Origin: Candidatus Campbellbacteria bacterium
GTDB taxonomy: Bacteria; Patescibacteriota; Minisyncoccia; Phycocordibacterales; EsbW-18
Length of the DNA: 64,000 nucleotides
NCBI GenBank assembly: GCA_024653945.1
Contig: JANLIT010000004.1
Location: forward strand, 13,281 to 77,280
Direction: 5' to 3'
Shown: in pieces, positions 1-7,534 of the stretch
How the letters are laid out: the number at the start of each line of letters is the position of its first letter
Position numbering within the stretch: position 1 is the stretch's first letter
Notes under the pieces: model-generated
The model's database searches: none
Told to the model about the DNA's origin: nothing
What the model saw: only the letters and a program-made list of their open reading frames with translations
Position numbers and translations under genes: made by a program

Positions 1-15
1 AGATAAGTATACACT

Positions 16-162
16 GCGGAGACGGGAGGATTCGCCTCTCGTTGCTGGTGCAACTCGAAACCTTCGCCTCCTCTTCGGAAGCTGCGGCCCGCGGTTCGAA
101 TTGCACCCCCTTTCTCCATAGTACGCAAAACAGATGGCAAAAGCCATCCTTGTTTGCATATG
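16..162 (-). repeat. tRNA-linked repeat element (TLE) downstream of tRNA-Ser; its distal end is a 20-nt direct copy of the tRNA-Ser 3' end
   Basis: Exact duplicate tgcggagacgggaggattcg at 16-35 and 161-180; internal imperfect inverted repeat 47-63/101-116; same architecture as the other tRNA-adjacent copies in this window. Confidence 0.55.
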
Positions 163-249
163 CGGAGACGGGAGGATTCGAACCTCCGATCCGGTTTCCC
201 AGATGCCGGTTTTCGAAACCGGTGCCTTCAACCACTCAGCCACGTCTCC
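163..249 (-). tRNA. tRNA-Ser(CGA), type II with long variable arm; CCA not encoded
   Basis: Cloverleaf read by eye: acceptor GGAGACG/CGTCTCC, anticodon stem CCGGT/ACCGG with loop TTCGAAA, T-arm GGAGGTTCGAATCCTCC. Confidence 0.85.
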
Positions 250-262
250 TTACAAAACACGC

Positions 263-943
263 CTATCCTATCACTTTATCAATGTCTTCTCTAGAGATTG
301 GGCCTTCGCGTAAAACTTCACACATATCATCAACACATTGCACAACCGTTGAAACGTGTGTCTCTGGAAGTTGCCCCCCATCTATGGTTCCATCAATCAT
401 TTTCCATGTATCTTTCAAACTTTTTTTAACATCAGGAATTGAATAACATGCGGGCGTATCTGACGCATTAGCGCTTGTTGCGGTTATAGGAAAATTGCAC
501 GCACGAACAAGATCAAGAACCCATTGTCGATTTGGAATACGAAAACCTATGGTTGTGCCTTCTGCAAGCAGTTTTTTAGAAACACGTTCGCGCGCGGGAA
601 CAACAAGAGTAAGGGGTCCAGGTAAAAAAGCTTCTGCCACAGCAAGAGCCCGCGGAGAAAAAACTCCATATCGTTTTGCCATAGCAATGTCCGACACTAC
701 AACAGAGATTGCCTTTGATTCGGGGCGACCTTTTACCAAACTTATTTTAGTTATTGCACCATCACGATCAGTCCGCACCGCAAGTCCGTATGCAGTATCT
801 GTTGGAAAAACTAAGACCCCACCATCTTCTAAAATAGCCCGTGCTTGAATTATTCCGGCTGCGTTTTCTTCTATTTTTTTAACCATCTCCGTATTTTGCC
901 ATTTATCTGAAAAAATGCTATATTTTTGCTCGTTGGCCCTCAA
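263..943 (-). CDS. tsaC: L-threonylcarbamoyladenylate synthase TsaC (YrdC/Sua5 domain)
   Basis: YrdC-domain motifs VFPTDTAYGL, LPGPLTLV, RIPN...TSANASD; start uncertain (alternative Met near 886). Confidence 0.8.
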   Translation of the reverse strand: MRANEQKYSIFSDKWQNTEMVKKIEENAAGIIQARAILEDGGVLVFPTDTAYGLAVRTDRDGAITKISLVKGRPESKAISVVVSDIAMAKRYGVFSPRALAVAEAFLPGPLTLVVPARERVSKKLLAEGTTIGFRIPNRQWVLDLVRACNFPITATSANASDTPACYSIPDVKKSLKDTWKMIDGTIDGGQLPETHVSTVVQCVDDMCEVLREGPISREDIDKVIG

Positions 944-966
944 GTTGGGCCCGCATAAATACCAGC

Positions 967-1040
967 GGCCTCATCGTCTAGCCTGGTTAGGACGTCACCC
1001 TTTCACGGTGAAAACTCGGGTTCGAATCCCGATGAGGTCA
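967..1040 (+). tRNA. tRNA-Glu(TTC); CCA not encoded
   Basis: Acceptor GGCCTCA/TGAGGTC; anticodon stem TCACC/GGTGA with loop CTTTCAC; T-arm TCGGGTTCGAATCCCGA. Confidence 0.85.
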
Positions 1041-1236
1041 CAACACAAAACAGGGCGCCCATATGGGGCGTTTTTGTTTTGTGTCTAGTGGACCGAAATA
1101 GCAGGCAAACTACTTTGCCTGCGTCGGAATTCGAATGACGGAGCATGTTTCGAGCATGGCGAGAAACAGCGAGTCACGTCCAGCAGTACTTATGAGCAAA
1201 GCGAATTAGTAACTGCGGGACGAATCCCGATGATAC
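1041..1236 (+). repeat. TLE downstream of tRNA-Glu: hairpin, conserved core, then a partial copy of the tRNA-Glu T-arm/3' end
   Basis: The hairpin ACAAAACAGGGCGCC/GGGGCGTTTTTGTTTTGT follows the tRNA directly; core motif AGTACTTATGAGCAAAGCGAATTAGTAACT is shared with the Gly, Trp and Lys copies; terminal GCGGGACGAATCCCGATGA resembles the tRNA-Glu 3' end. Confidence 0.55.
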
Positions 1237-1317
1237 GACAAAATACTTAGTGATCCGTGACCACAAAAAAGGAGATAAAAGTTATACACCCCACACATAT
1301 CACTTACATATCCAGAA

Positions 1318-1656
1318 GTGCTACTCTTAAAGAGACCTTATAAGTCATTACTTTTATTATTATTTTATAGTAACCATTTTATGGAACCACAATCAAACGT
1401 ATACAAATACGCAACATGGATTCTTGTCGTTGTTGTCATTATTCTCGGTGTCATGCTTAGTAGGAAGAATGCTGAGACCATCACAAGTCAACTTGGAGAT
1501 TCTACCGTTGACATTCAAGCATGTCGTGTAAAGGTTGCAACATGGCAAGAGGCAAATCCTAAAGGAACACCAGTCAGTGCAACGGCACAAGCTGAGCTCG
1601 ATGGTATTCTCGAGACATGTCTCGGTAGTGTTGAGGATGCTCAAGACAAAATATAA
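1318..1656 (+). CDS. hypothetical small membrane-anchored protein (likely start at Met 1381)
   Basis: ORF with one hydrophobic N-terminal segment, followed by a rho-independent terminator. Confidence 0.4.
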   Translation: MLLLKRPYKSLLLLLFYSNHFMEPQSNVYKYATWILVVVVIILGVMLSRKNAETITSQLGDSTVDIQACRVKVATWQEANPKGTPVSATAQAELDGILETCLGSVEDAQDKI

Positions 1657-1683
1657 AGTTAGAGAAATCTTCTCTCTTATGAA

Positions 1684-1716
1684 AACAGTTCCGACGCCGT
1701 GTCGGAACTGTTTTTG
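1684..1716 (+). terminator. rho-independent terminator
   Basis: Hairpin cagttccgacgccgtgtcggaactg followed by a T-run. Confidence 0.6.
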
Positions 1717-1784
1717 TATAGACAATTTGCTATACTCACCTGACCTCAATACGATGTCATCTGGTCTAAAAAGACCCTTATTTC

Positions 1785-3005
1785 ATGAAAATACTAGCAA
1801 TAGAAACGAGTTGTGATGAGACGGCCGTGTCCATTCTAGAGTGCTCTGGAGACGCCCATATGCCCTCCTGCGCCGTGCTGGGCACGGGTTTGTACTCACA
1901 GGCATCCAAACACGCCGAATTTGGTGGTGTCTTCCCCAACCTTGCAAAACGAGAACACCAACTAAACCTGACTTCGATGTTAAAAATCGCACTGAAGGAG
2001 TCAGGTTTAAGCACCAAGCACCAAGCACCAGATTCCAAACAAATTCAAAATTTCCAAACAATGCAAGAAATTTTAGAACGGGAGGAAACGCTTTTTAAGA
2101 ACCTACAAGAATATCTCTCAAAAAACCCAAATAATCCTGGGTTTGATGCAATTGCGGTAACCCAAGGTCCAGGTCTTGAACCGGCGCTGTGGGTTGGGAT
2201 TAACTTTGCAAAAGCACTTTCTTTTTTCTGGAATATTCCACTTGTTCCCGTCAATCACATGGAAGGACACATCCTTTCTGTCCTCTCGGACAGAAAGGAA
2301 AATTCCAATGATCAAATAACAAATAACAAAATAGCGTTTCCTGCTATTGCCCTGCTTGTCTCCGGAGGACACACGGAACTTGACCTCGTGCATGATTGGG
2401 GGACGTATGAGCTCATTGGGCAAACGCGCGATGATGCTGTTGGGGAAGCGTTTGATAAAGTTGCACGACTCCTCGGACTTCCCTATCCTGGTGGACCAGA
2501 AATAAGTCGCCTTGCGGCGGAAGCACGAAATCCGAAATCCGAAATCCGAAACACTATCCACCTTCCTCGACCAATGATTGACTCAAATGATTTTGATTTT
2601 TCATTTGCAGGACTTAAAACAGCCGTTCTCTACGCAGTCAAAAAACTTGGCTCGCTCTCTGATGAGCAAAAGAAAGAAATTGCATGTGAATTTGAAAACG
2701 CCGCAGTAGAAGTATTGGTTTCAAAAACAAAAAAGGCACTTGAACACTACAACGCCCCAACACTCATCATCGGCGGAGGCGTTGTCGCAAATACACATTT
2801 ACGTGAAGAAATGAAAAAAATGCTCGCACAGGAATTTCCTGATGTAACACTTCTTCTTCCCACCCACGAACTCTCCACAGATAACGCGGTCATGATAGGA
2901 ATTGCTGGGTACATTGCATATACAAAAAACCCCAACGAATATGGAGTCTTTTCACCTGAACACGGTGACCTGCGCGCACACGGAACCCTTAGACTCTCAA
3001 GTTAG
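1785..3005 (+). CDS. tsaD: tRNA N6-adenosine threonylcarbamoyltransferase TsaD (Kae1/Gcp family) with an insertion of about 40 aa
   Basis: ILAIETSCDETAVSI, GPGLEPALWVG and NHMEGH motifs; an extra segment sits between LKESGL and the GPG motif; an in-frame (gaaatcc)x3 repeat at 2526-2548. Confidence 0.85.
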   Translation: MKILAIETSCDETAVSILECSGDAHMPSCAVLGTGLYSQASKHAEFGGVFPNLAKREHQLNLTSMLKIALKESGLSTKHQAPDSKQIQNFQTMQEILEREETLFKNLQEYLSKNPNNPGFDAIAVTQGPGLEPALWVGINFAKALSFFWNIPLVPVNHMEGHILSVLSDRKENSNDQITNNKIAFPAIALLVSGGHTELDLVHDWGTYELIGQTRDDAVGEAFDKVARLLGLPYPGGPEISRLAAEARNPKSEIRNTIHLPRPMIDSNDFDFSFAGLKTAVLYAVKKLGSLSDEQKKEIACEFENAAVEVLVSKTKKALEHYNAPTLIIGGGVVANTHLREEMKKMLAQEFPDVTLLLPTHELSTDNAVMIGIAGYIAYTKNPNEYGVFSPEHGDLRAHGTLRLSS

Positions 3006-3668
3006 TTTGGGATTAGGTTCCATAACTAAAACCCGTGTCCTCTCAAAATCAGTAGGAATCAAACGAACCAACCGACGATTGACAAAATCTATTTGAAAAA
3101 TCATATCGTTTGCCTTCCAAGACCGTTGTAAACCGTTCGCTAAGAACAGATTCTGAAGGTCCACCATTTCGCGTTCAGTATCTTGTTTCAGCTGGTGTAT
3201 ATCCTCAGCACTCCATCCCGAAACCGCCACATCGAGTTCTTTTTTTGTATAGCCATCTACCTTCTCCATTAAAAAAATACTGTTCTGTTCACTCTCAAAA
3301 AAACCAATCGGTTTCGGCGCAGGTAGTCCGAGGGATTGGATGTATGAAAGGAGATTGTACTCATATAAAGGTTCCCCCGTCTCCTTCAGCATACTTTTTT
3401 CTCGGTTTGTCCACTTCGCAATCGGCGTGACAACCCTGTCTCCCTCTTCCCAATCAGGTAGCTGCCGTACTGCGCCAGGATCGTCGCGAAGAGAACCTTC
3501 TTTGTCATACTTCTTCTCACCACTTTTCATTGGTGTCCCAAGACGCTCGAAGTACCCGAGAGGATCTTGCCTTAATTCTAGGGGAACTAAAGAAGCGTAC
3601 TTCTCCCCAAATTCCATCTTGAATGGTTGATCTGAGGTTTCCGATGTATGAAAAGATTCAAGGCCCAT
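2997..3668 (-). CDS. hypothetical protein (possible kinase-like fold; weak)
   Basis: Long ORF; an IDF-containing segment is weakly reminiscent of Kdo/RIO-type kinase motifs. Confidence 0.3.
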   Translation of the reverse strand: MGLESFHTSETSDQPFKMEFGEKYASLVPLELRQDPLGYFERLGTPMKSGEKKYDKEGSLRDDPGAVRQLPDWEEGDRVVTPIAKWTNREKSMLKETGEPLYEYNLLSYIQSLGLPAPKPIGFFESEQNSIFLMEKVDGYTKKELDVAVSGWSAEDIHQLKQDTEREMVDLQNLFLANGLQRSWKANDMIFQIDFVNRRLVRLIPTDFERTRVLVMEPNPKLT

Positions 3669-3671
3669 ACG

Positions 3672-4754
3672 TTACACAATCAATAAATCTTTTGCGAGAA
3701 GAAGATAGTTGAAGTACGACAAGAAGACAATCAAAATAATGAGTGCGATGCCATGAGAAAATTCACGCGAGTGTCTTTTGTGTACTTGAAAGAGAACCAT
3801 CAACAATGTCACAAAAGCAAGTGCGAGTCCGATGATGATGTATCCCCAACGAACCACGGCTCGTGGTTGTGCTAAAAACTTCTCCCACGCATTTGTATAC
3901 GAAATTCGTTCAACGGGCATAATGACCTCCTCCTTAACTGAAGCTCCTGCCGTATTCGCATCTCGCGCTGGGGTAAACTCCTGTGCTAATGAAACATCTT
4001 GGGCCCCTTCTGGAGCTGGAGCCGGTACTTGGGTCACTGCTGTTGGGGTCACCTCCTGAACTACCACTGGCTCTGAAACGGTCTGCTGGGCTACAGCCAC
4101 GGTAGCTCCCTGTACCTCCTGTGTGCTCGCAACGGCAAGCGTAGGGGCAGTTTGAGCAATCACGGGGGCAACCGCGACTTGTGCTGGCGTACCAAAAAGC
4201 TGAACGACAAAAATGGTCTTCCTGTCCTTGTATTGCCCTGGGACAGCGGCAATACCTATTTCAGTAAAGGTCCCATTCATGATGTTTTCTCGGTGTCCTG
4301 GAGAGTTCATCCATGCTTGTTCAACGTCACCCGAGTCAACAAAGTTCACCGCCAAGTTTTCTCCCGCATTCACAAAATTGTATCCCGCTCGGTAAAACCA
4401 ATACCACGGATTGAGTCCGTCGGGACTTGTGTGTGCAAAATATTCGTTTTCCGCCATGTGCTCCGCCTTCATGCGTGCCGCCTTTTCCAAAATCGGACTC
4501 ACCGTCAAATCAGAAAGTCCTTCTGCTTCTCGGTCCTTGTTTGCAAGGTCAACAAGCACTCCGGGAACAACCGCTGCTGTAAATTCAATACTCGTACGAA
4601 TGAGAAGCGCTTGGAATACAGAAAAACCAAACGTGAGCACGAGAATCGTGGTAAGCGCAACAATACTTGCATCACGAACCATGTGTGGCTTGTGGTCGTT
4701 GCCTTCGTGCGGAATGAAGTAATCTTTAATATGTTTTCGCATAGCTGTTAGCAT
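3672..4754 (-). CDS. CAP/SCP (YkwD-like) domain membrane protein with a Thr/Val/Ala/Pro-rich linker
   Basis: CAP-domain motifs HTSPDG, GENLA, WMNSPGHRENIM; N- and C-terminal hydrophobic segments. Confidence 0.6.
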   Translation of the reverse strand: MLTAMRKHIKDYFIPHEGNDHKPHMVRDASIVALTTILVLTFGFSVFQALLIRTSIEFTAAVVPGVLVDLANKDREAEGLSDLTVSPILEKAARMKAEHMAENEYFAHTSPDGLNPWYWFYRAGYNFVNAGENLAVNFVDSGDVEQAWMNSPGHRENIMNGTFTEIGIAAVPGQYKDRKTIFVVQLFGTPAQVAVAPVIAQTAPTLAVASTQEVQGATVAVAQQTVSEPVVVQEVTPTAVTQVPAPAPEGAQDVSLAQEFTPARDANTAGASVKEEVIMPVERISYTNAWEKFLAQPRAVVRWGYIIIGLALAFVTLLMVLFQVHKRHSREFSHGIALIILIVFLSYFNYLLLAKDLLIV

Positions 4755-4763
4755 GAGTATATC

Positions 4764-5414
4764 CTACTTCGTATCGTCGCTATCAACAAGTGTCGCGTAG
4801 ACAACAAGTACTCGGTCGTATTCCTGTGTCTCTTGGCTATATGTTCCTGAGCAGGTAATAAGACGCAAACCTGGAAACGTTATATCGCCGTATACTTTTT
4901 CTGTCGGAAAATTGCTTCTATCGTACCGTTCAAGTACTGTTACACGAAATGTTGCTGTTGTTCCGTCTGCGCGATCTACATACACATAGTCGCCTTCTGT
5001 GAGTTGACCAAGAGATAAAAACACACCAGGGCCTTCATACGAGTCAACATGTCCGAGCACAACAGCAGGACCAATTTCACCAGGTGTCGGACCATAGGTG
5101 TACCATCCAACTTCTGTGTATCCTTTTGGAATTTCAATTTCACCATTTTCTTGCAGACCAAGAGGAACAAAATTAGTGTCCACAAATATATCTGGAATAC
5201 GCAAACGCATTGGGTCTGAATCTTCAAGCGGGCGCGCTGGATCAAAAATCGGTCGTGAAGATGTTGCAAGAGTTTCTTGAGAATTTTTTTGTGTCAAATA
5301 TGTGGTGACACCTCCTTGTGATGCTATAAGGATTCCAAAACCAACGACAAGCAACACAACGCCCACAGATATAAGTACTTTTTTTGTGTTCATTTCTGAA
5401 TTAAACAACATCAT
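4764..5414 (-). CDS. sortase family transpeptidase
   Basis: N-terminal TM anchor; His motif VVLGHVDS; catalytic TLxTC motif LRLITCSG; conserved downstream Arg. Confidence 0.75.
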   Translation of the reverse strand: MMLFNSEMNTKKVLISVGVVLLVVGFGILIASQGGVTTYLTQKNSQETLATSSRPIFDPARPLEDSDPMRLRIPDIFVDTNFVPLGLQENGEIEIPKGYTEVGWYTYGPTPGEIGPAVVLGHVDSYEGPGVFLSLGQLTEGDYVYVDRADGTTATFRVTVLERYDRSNFPTEKVYGDITFPGLRLITCSGTYSQETQEYDRVLVVYATLVDSDDTK

Positions 5415-5482
5415 ATTCGCTGTACATGGTAACTCTTTTTGCCCGTTGTGTCAACCCCATCGTGGGTTGGGGCCGTCTTAAT

Positions 5483-5559
5483 GCAAAACCCGCCCAAAAG
5501 GCGGGTTTTGCGCTTTTTTGTTTTCCGAAGCGAAGCTTCCCTTTTGGAAGCTTCGCTTC
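5483..5559 (-). terminator. tandem perfect hairpins downstream of the 605-aa surface-protein gene
   Basis: 12-bp stem GCAAAACCCGCC/GGCGGGTTTTGC and 14-bp stem GAAGCGAAGCTTCC/GGAAGCTTCGCTTC; the second hairpin recurs at 7488-7520. Confidence 0.6.
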
Positions 5560-5572
5560 TTGTTTTAAATCT

Positions 5573-7390
5573 TTAGTAAAGACACATCTTCAATCCTCCA
5601 AATCCTGTAGCAGGAGCACCGAGTGGAAGAATGGATGTTTGCTCACCCAAGACCTCACCAAGAACCTCTCCGCCACCATCTGTGGATGAGTTTCGACGAC
5701 GGAAGCCACTTCCTCCACCGTCGTCGTCATCGTCTCCGTTTGTATCATCACCACCAGTATCTTCGTGAGAATATGAGTTGGTGAATGTACATGTTACATC
5801 CTGATCTTCAGAGAGATACACAGTTACAGACCTCTCTGGTTTATTCGTGTCATACTCAGTTCCATAGTTACAACTAATGAGAGACAGGCTCCAATCAACA
5901 CCTGCATCTACTTCACTGATTGTGTACGTTCCTGAAGAAAGATTCGACAGTACCTCAGGTTCATCATTTGCAGAAAGATCAAACGATGATTCATCCCAGT
6001 AATTAAATGTAAATATGTGGGTTCCATCCGCACCTTCGTTTACCTCCTTGTCAATTGTGATTGAACCTCCGTTCTGATGATTACCAAAGTCCTTGAGCGA
6101 GAAGGTGCCGGGTGTTCCTTCTCCGTCGCCCTGAATCCGATGTCCAACAGTGCCGTTTGCGCAGGTAACCGTTCCGTCCGAAGCGGAAATCGGCGAGGTC
6201 TGTTCCCAACCGCTTTGGACCTCTTCGCAGACAACGTAATTAAGCTCTGGGTCTAAACTGTCGAAGGAGTAGTTGCCGTCGCCATCGGTCGTAGTCGTGT
6301 CCGCGGGCGTCTCTTCGATTACAGTCGTATCTTCGTCGATTGTGTACGGGAACAGGTTGATGGTCCATCCGTCGATGCCGGATTCGTCATCGCTCTGCCG
6401 ATCGCTGTTCACGTCGTTCCACTTCATGCCAGTAACAATGGATCGCGTGGTATTGGTAAAGGTACAAGTCACATCATCGCCACTTTCCACAGTGATTCGT
6501 TCGCCATCTTCAACGGCACTACCAGTGCTATCACCATCGTAAATACATTCTACGTCGGCTAATTGCCAGGCGCTCTGCTGGGTTTCCAGAACATCATATG
6601 TTCCAGGAGCGAGGGAGATGGGACTGGAAGTCGCGGTGTTATCTTCTGGGTCAGCGTCAGGTGTAAGATCAACCCCGTACAAGAACACGGTTGGATCTAT
6701 TCCCGTCACCAAAAATTCAAAGTTGGGGGTCCTTCTAGGGTCAACTGGCTCACCTTGCACGAGACCTTGAAAATCCCCAATCTTCACAATCGTAAGGGTT
6801 GCTGGAGGTATACATGTCTCGCTGTCCACAGTCAGTCTGAATATAACTCCTGCTGGATTACCCGGTCCGTCGGGTTCGTCGTTTGTTGCCTCAATCGTCA
6901 GCGTGTTCGTACCGCTCAAAAGAGAGCTGGCTGGGATAGGGTGTGTTCCAACAATCTGCCAATTGTCACCAGAGCCTACCGCATTGCCGTTGATGGTGAC
7001 AACGTAACTGTTGTCCGCGGTGATATCAAGAGAAGCTCCTGTTGGTGTTCCAACAATCTCAAACGTTCTCGTGAAGGTCAGCGTGCCGGCTGGGTGCGAG
7101 CCTGTGTCATCGGCAGGGACTTTGTCTGCATCCCAGATCCACGTAGCACCTGATGGAAGTGGATCATAGTCATCCCATACGGAGTGTGGAGTAACAGCAA
7201 CCGCATTACCACTACCTACTTGTGTTTCCGAATCACTGACAAGTGTCTGTGTGCTTGGGTCACACGCTGGTGCTACCGTTGCATTTGCGTTCAGTGGACT
7301 AAAAGAAAATACCCCAATAAAAAGAAGTGCGCCCAAAAGCCCCAGCCCAATAGTTCGATGTGTTTTATACGATGTAGTAATGAGAGCCAT
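5573..7390 (-). CDS. secreted adhesin-like surface protein (605 aa) with SdrD-B/Cna-B-like domains; paralog of the 1639-aa gene upstream
   Basis: Signal peptide MALITTSYKT...NANA; SdrD-B/Cna-B-like segments with Thr-Cys-Thr-Phe-Thr-Asn (TCTFTN) motifs and GMKWNDVNSDRQ; C-terminal 45 aa identical to the paralog (ends LPLGAPATGFGGLKMCLY). Confidence 0.7.
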   Translation of the reverse strand: MALITTSYKTHRTIGLGLLGALLFIGVFSFSPLNANATVAPACDPSTQTLVSDSETQVGSGNAVAVTPHSVWDDYDPLPSGATWIWDADKVPADDTGSHPAGTLTFTRTFEIVGTPTGASLDITADNSYVVTINGNAVGSGDNWQIVGTHPIPASSLLSGTNTLTIEATNDEPDGPGNPAGVIFRLTVDSETCIPPATLTIVKIGDFQGLVQGEPVDPRRTPNFEFLVTGIDPTVFLYGVDLTPDADPEDNTATSSPISLAPGTYDVLETQQSAWQLADVECIYDGDSTGSAVEDGERITVESGDDVTCTFTNTTRSIVTGMKWNDVNSDRQSDDESGIDGWTINLFPYTIDEDTTVIEETPADTTTTDGDGNYSFDSLDPELNYVVCEEVQSGWEQTSPISASDGTVTCANGTVGHRIQGDGEGTPGTFSLKDFGNHQNGGSITIDKEVNEGADGTHIFTFNYWDESSFDLSANDEPEVLSNLSSGTYTISEVDAGVDWSLSLISCNYGTEYDTNKPERSVTVYLSEDQDVTCTFTNSYSHEDTGGDDTNGDDDDDGGGSGFRRRNSSTDGGGEVLGEVLGEQTSILPLGAPATGFGGLKMCLY

Positions 7391-7487
7391 ATGTATATGA
7401 TTAGTGACCCACCTTTAGTGGCGAGCTCTGATTAATTAACAACTTTTATTAAAATACTTTTCCCGAGGGTTAAACCTCTGCTTAAAA

Positions 7488-7520
7488 GAAGCGAAGCTTC
7501 CCTTCTGGAAGCTTCGCTTC
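7488..7520 (-). terminator. hairpin downstream of the 1639-aa gene; duplicate of the hairpin at 5527-5559
   Basis: GAAGCGAAGCTTCC-CTTCT-GGAAGCTTCGCTTC perfect stem; a REP-like GAGGGTTAAACCTC lies next to it at 7465-7478. Confidence 0.55.
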
Positions 7521-7534
7521 TTGCTTTTAAATCT

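Noticed and set aside
1-130. A second complete tRNA on the minus strand upstream of tRNA-Ser
   Set aside because: Only the last ~20 nt match a tRNA 3' end. The remainder does not fold into D, anticodon and T arms by eye. It is interpreted as the element's terminal copy.
1080-1240. tmRNA or another tRNA-like ncRNA downstream of tRNA-Glu, based on a T-arm-like CGGGACGAATCCCG
   Set aside because: The T-arm-like piece is better explained as the terminal tRNA-3' copy of the repeated element family. No acceptor pairing partner was found upstream.
5426-5689. 87-aa plus-strand ORF between the sortase and adhesin genes
   Set aside because: The region consists of two perfect terminator hairpins and the adhesin 3' end. 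The ORF is an artefact of palindromic sequence.
6563-7153. Plus-strand ORFs antisense to the adhesin genes (for example 6273-6542, 6563-7153, 9303-9980)
   Set aside because: They lie opposite long minus-strand ORFs that have a signal peptide and recognisable surface-protein domains, and they have no motifs of their own. They are antisense-frame artefacts.
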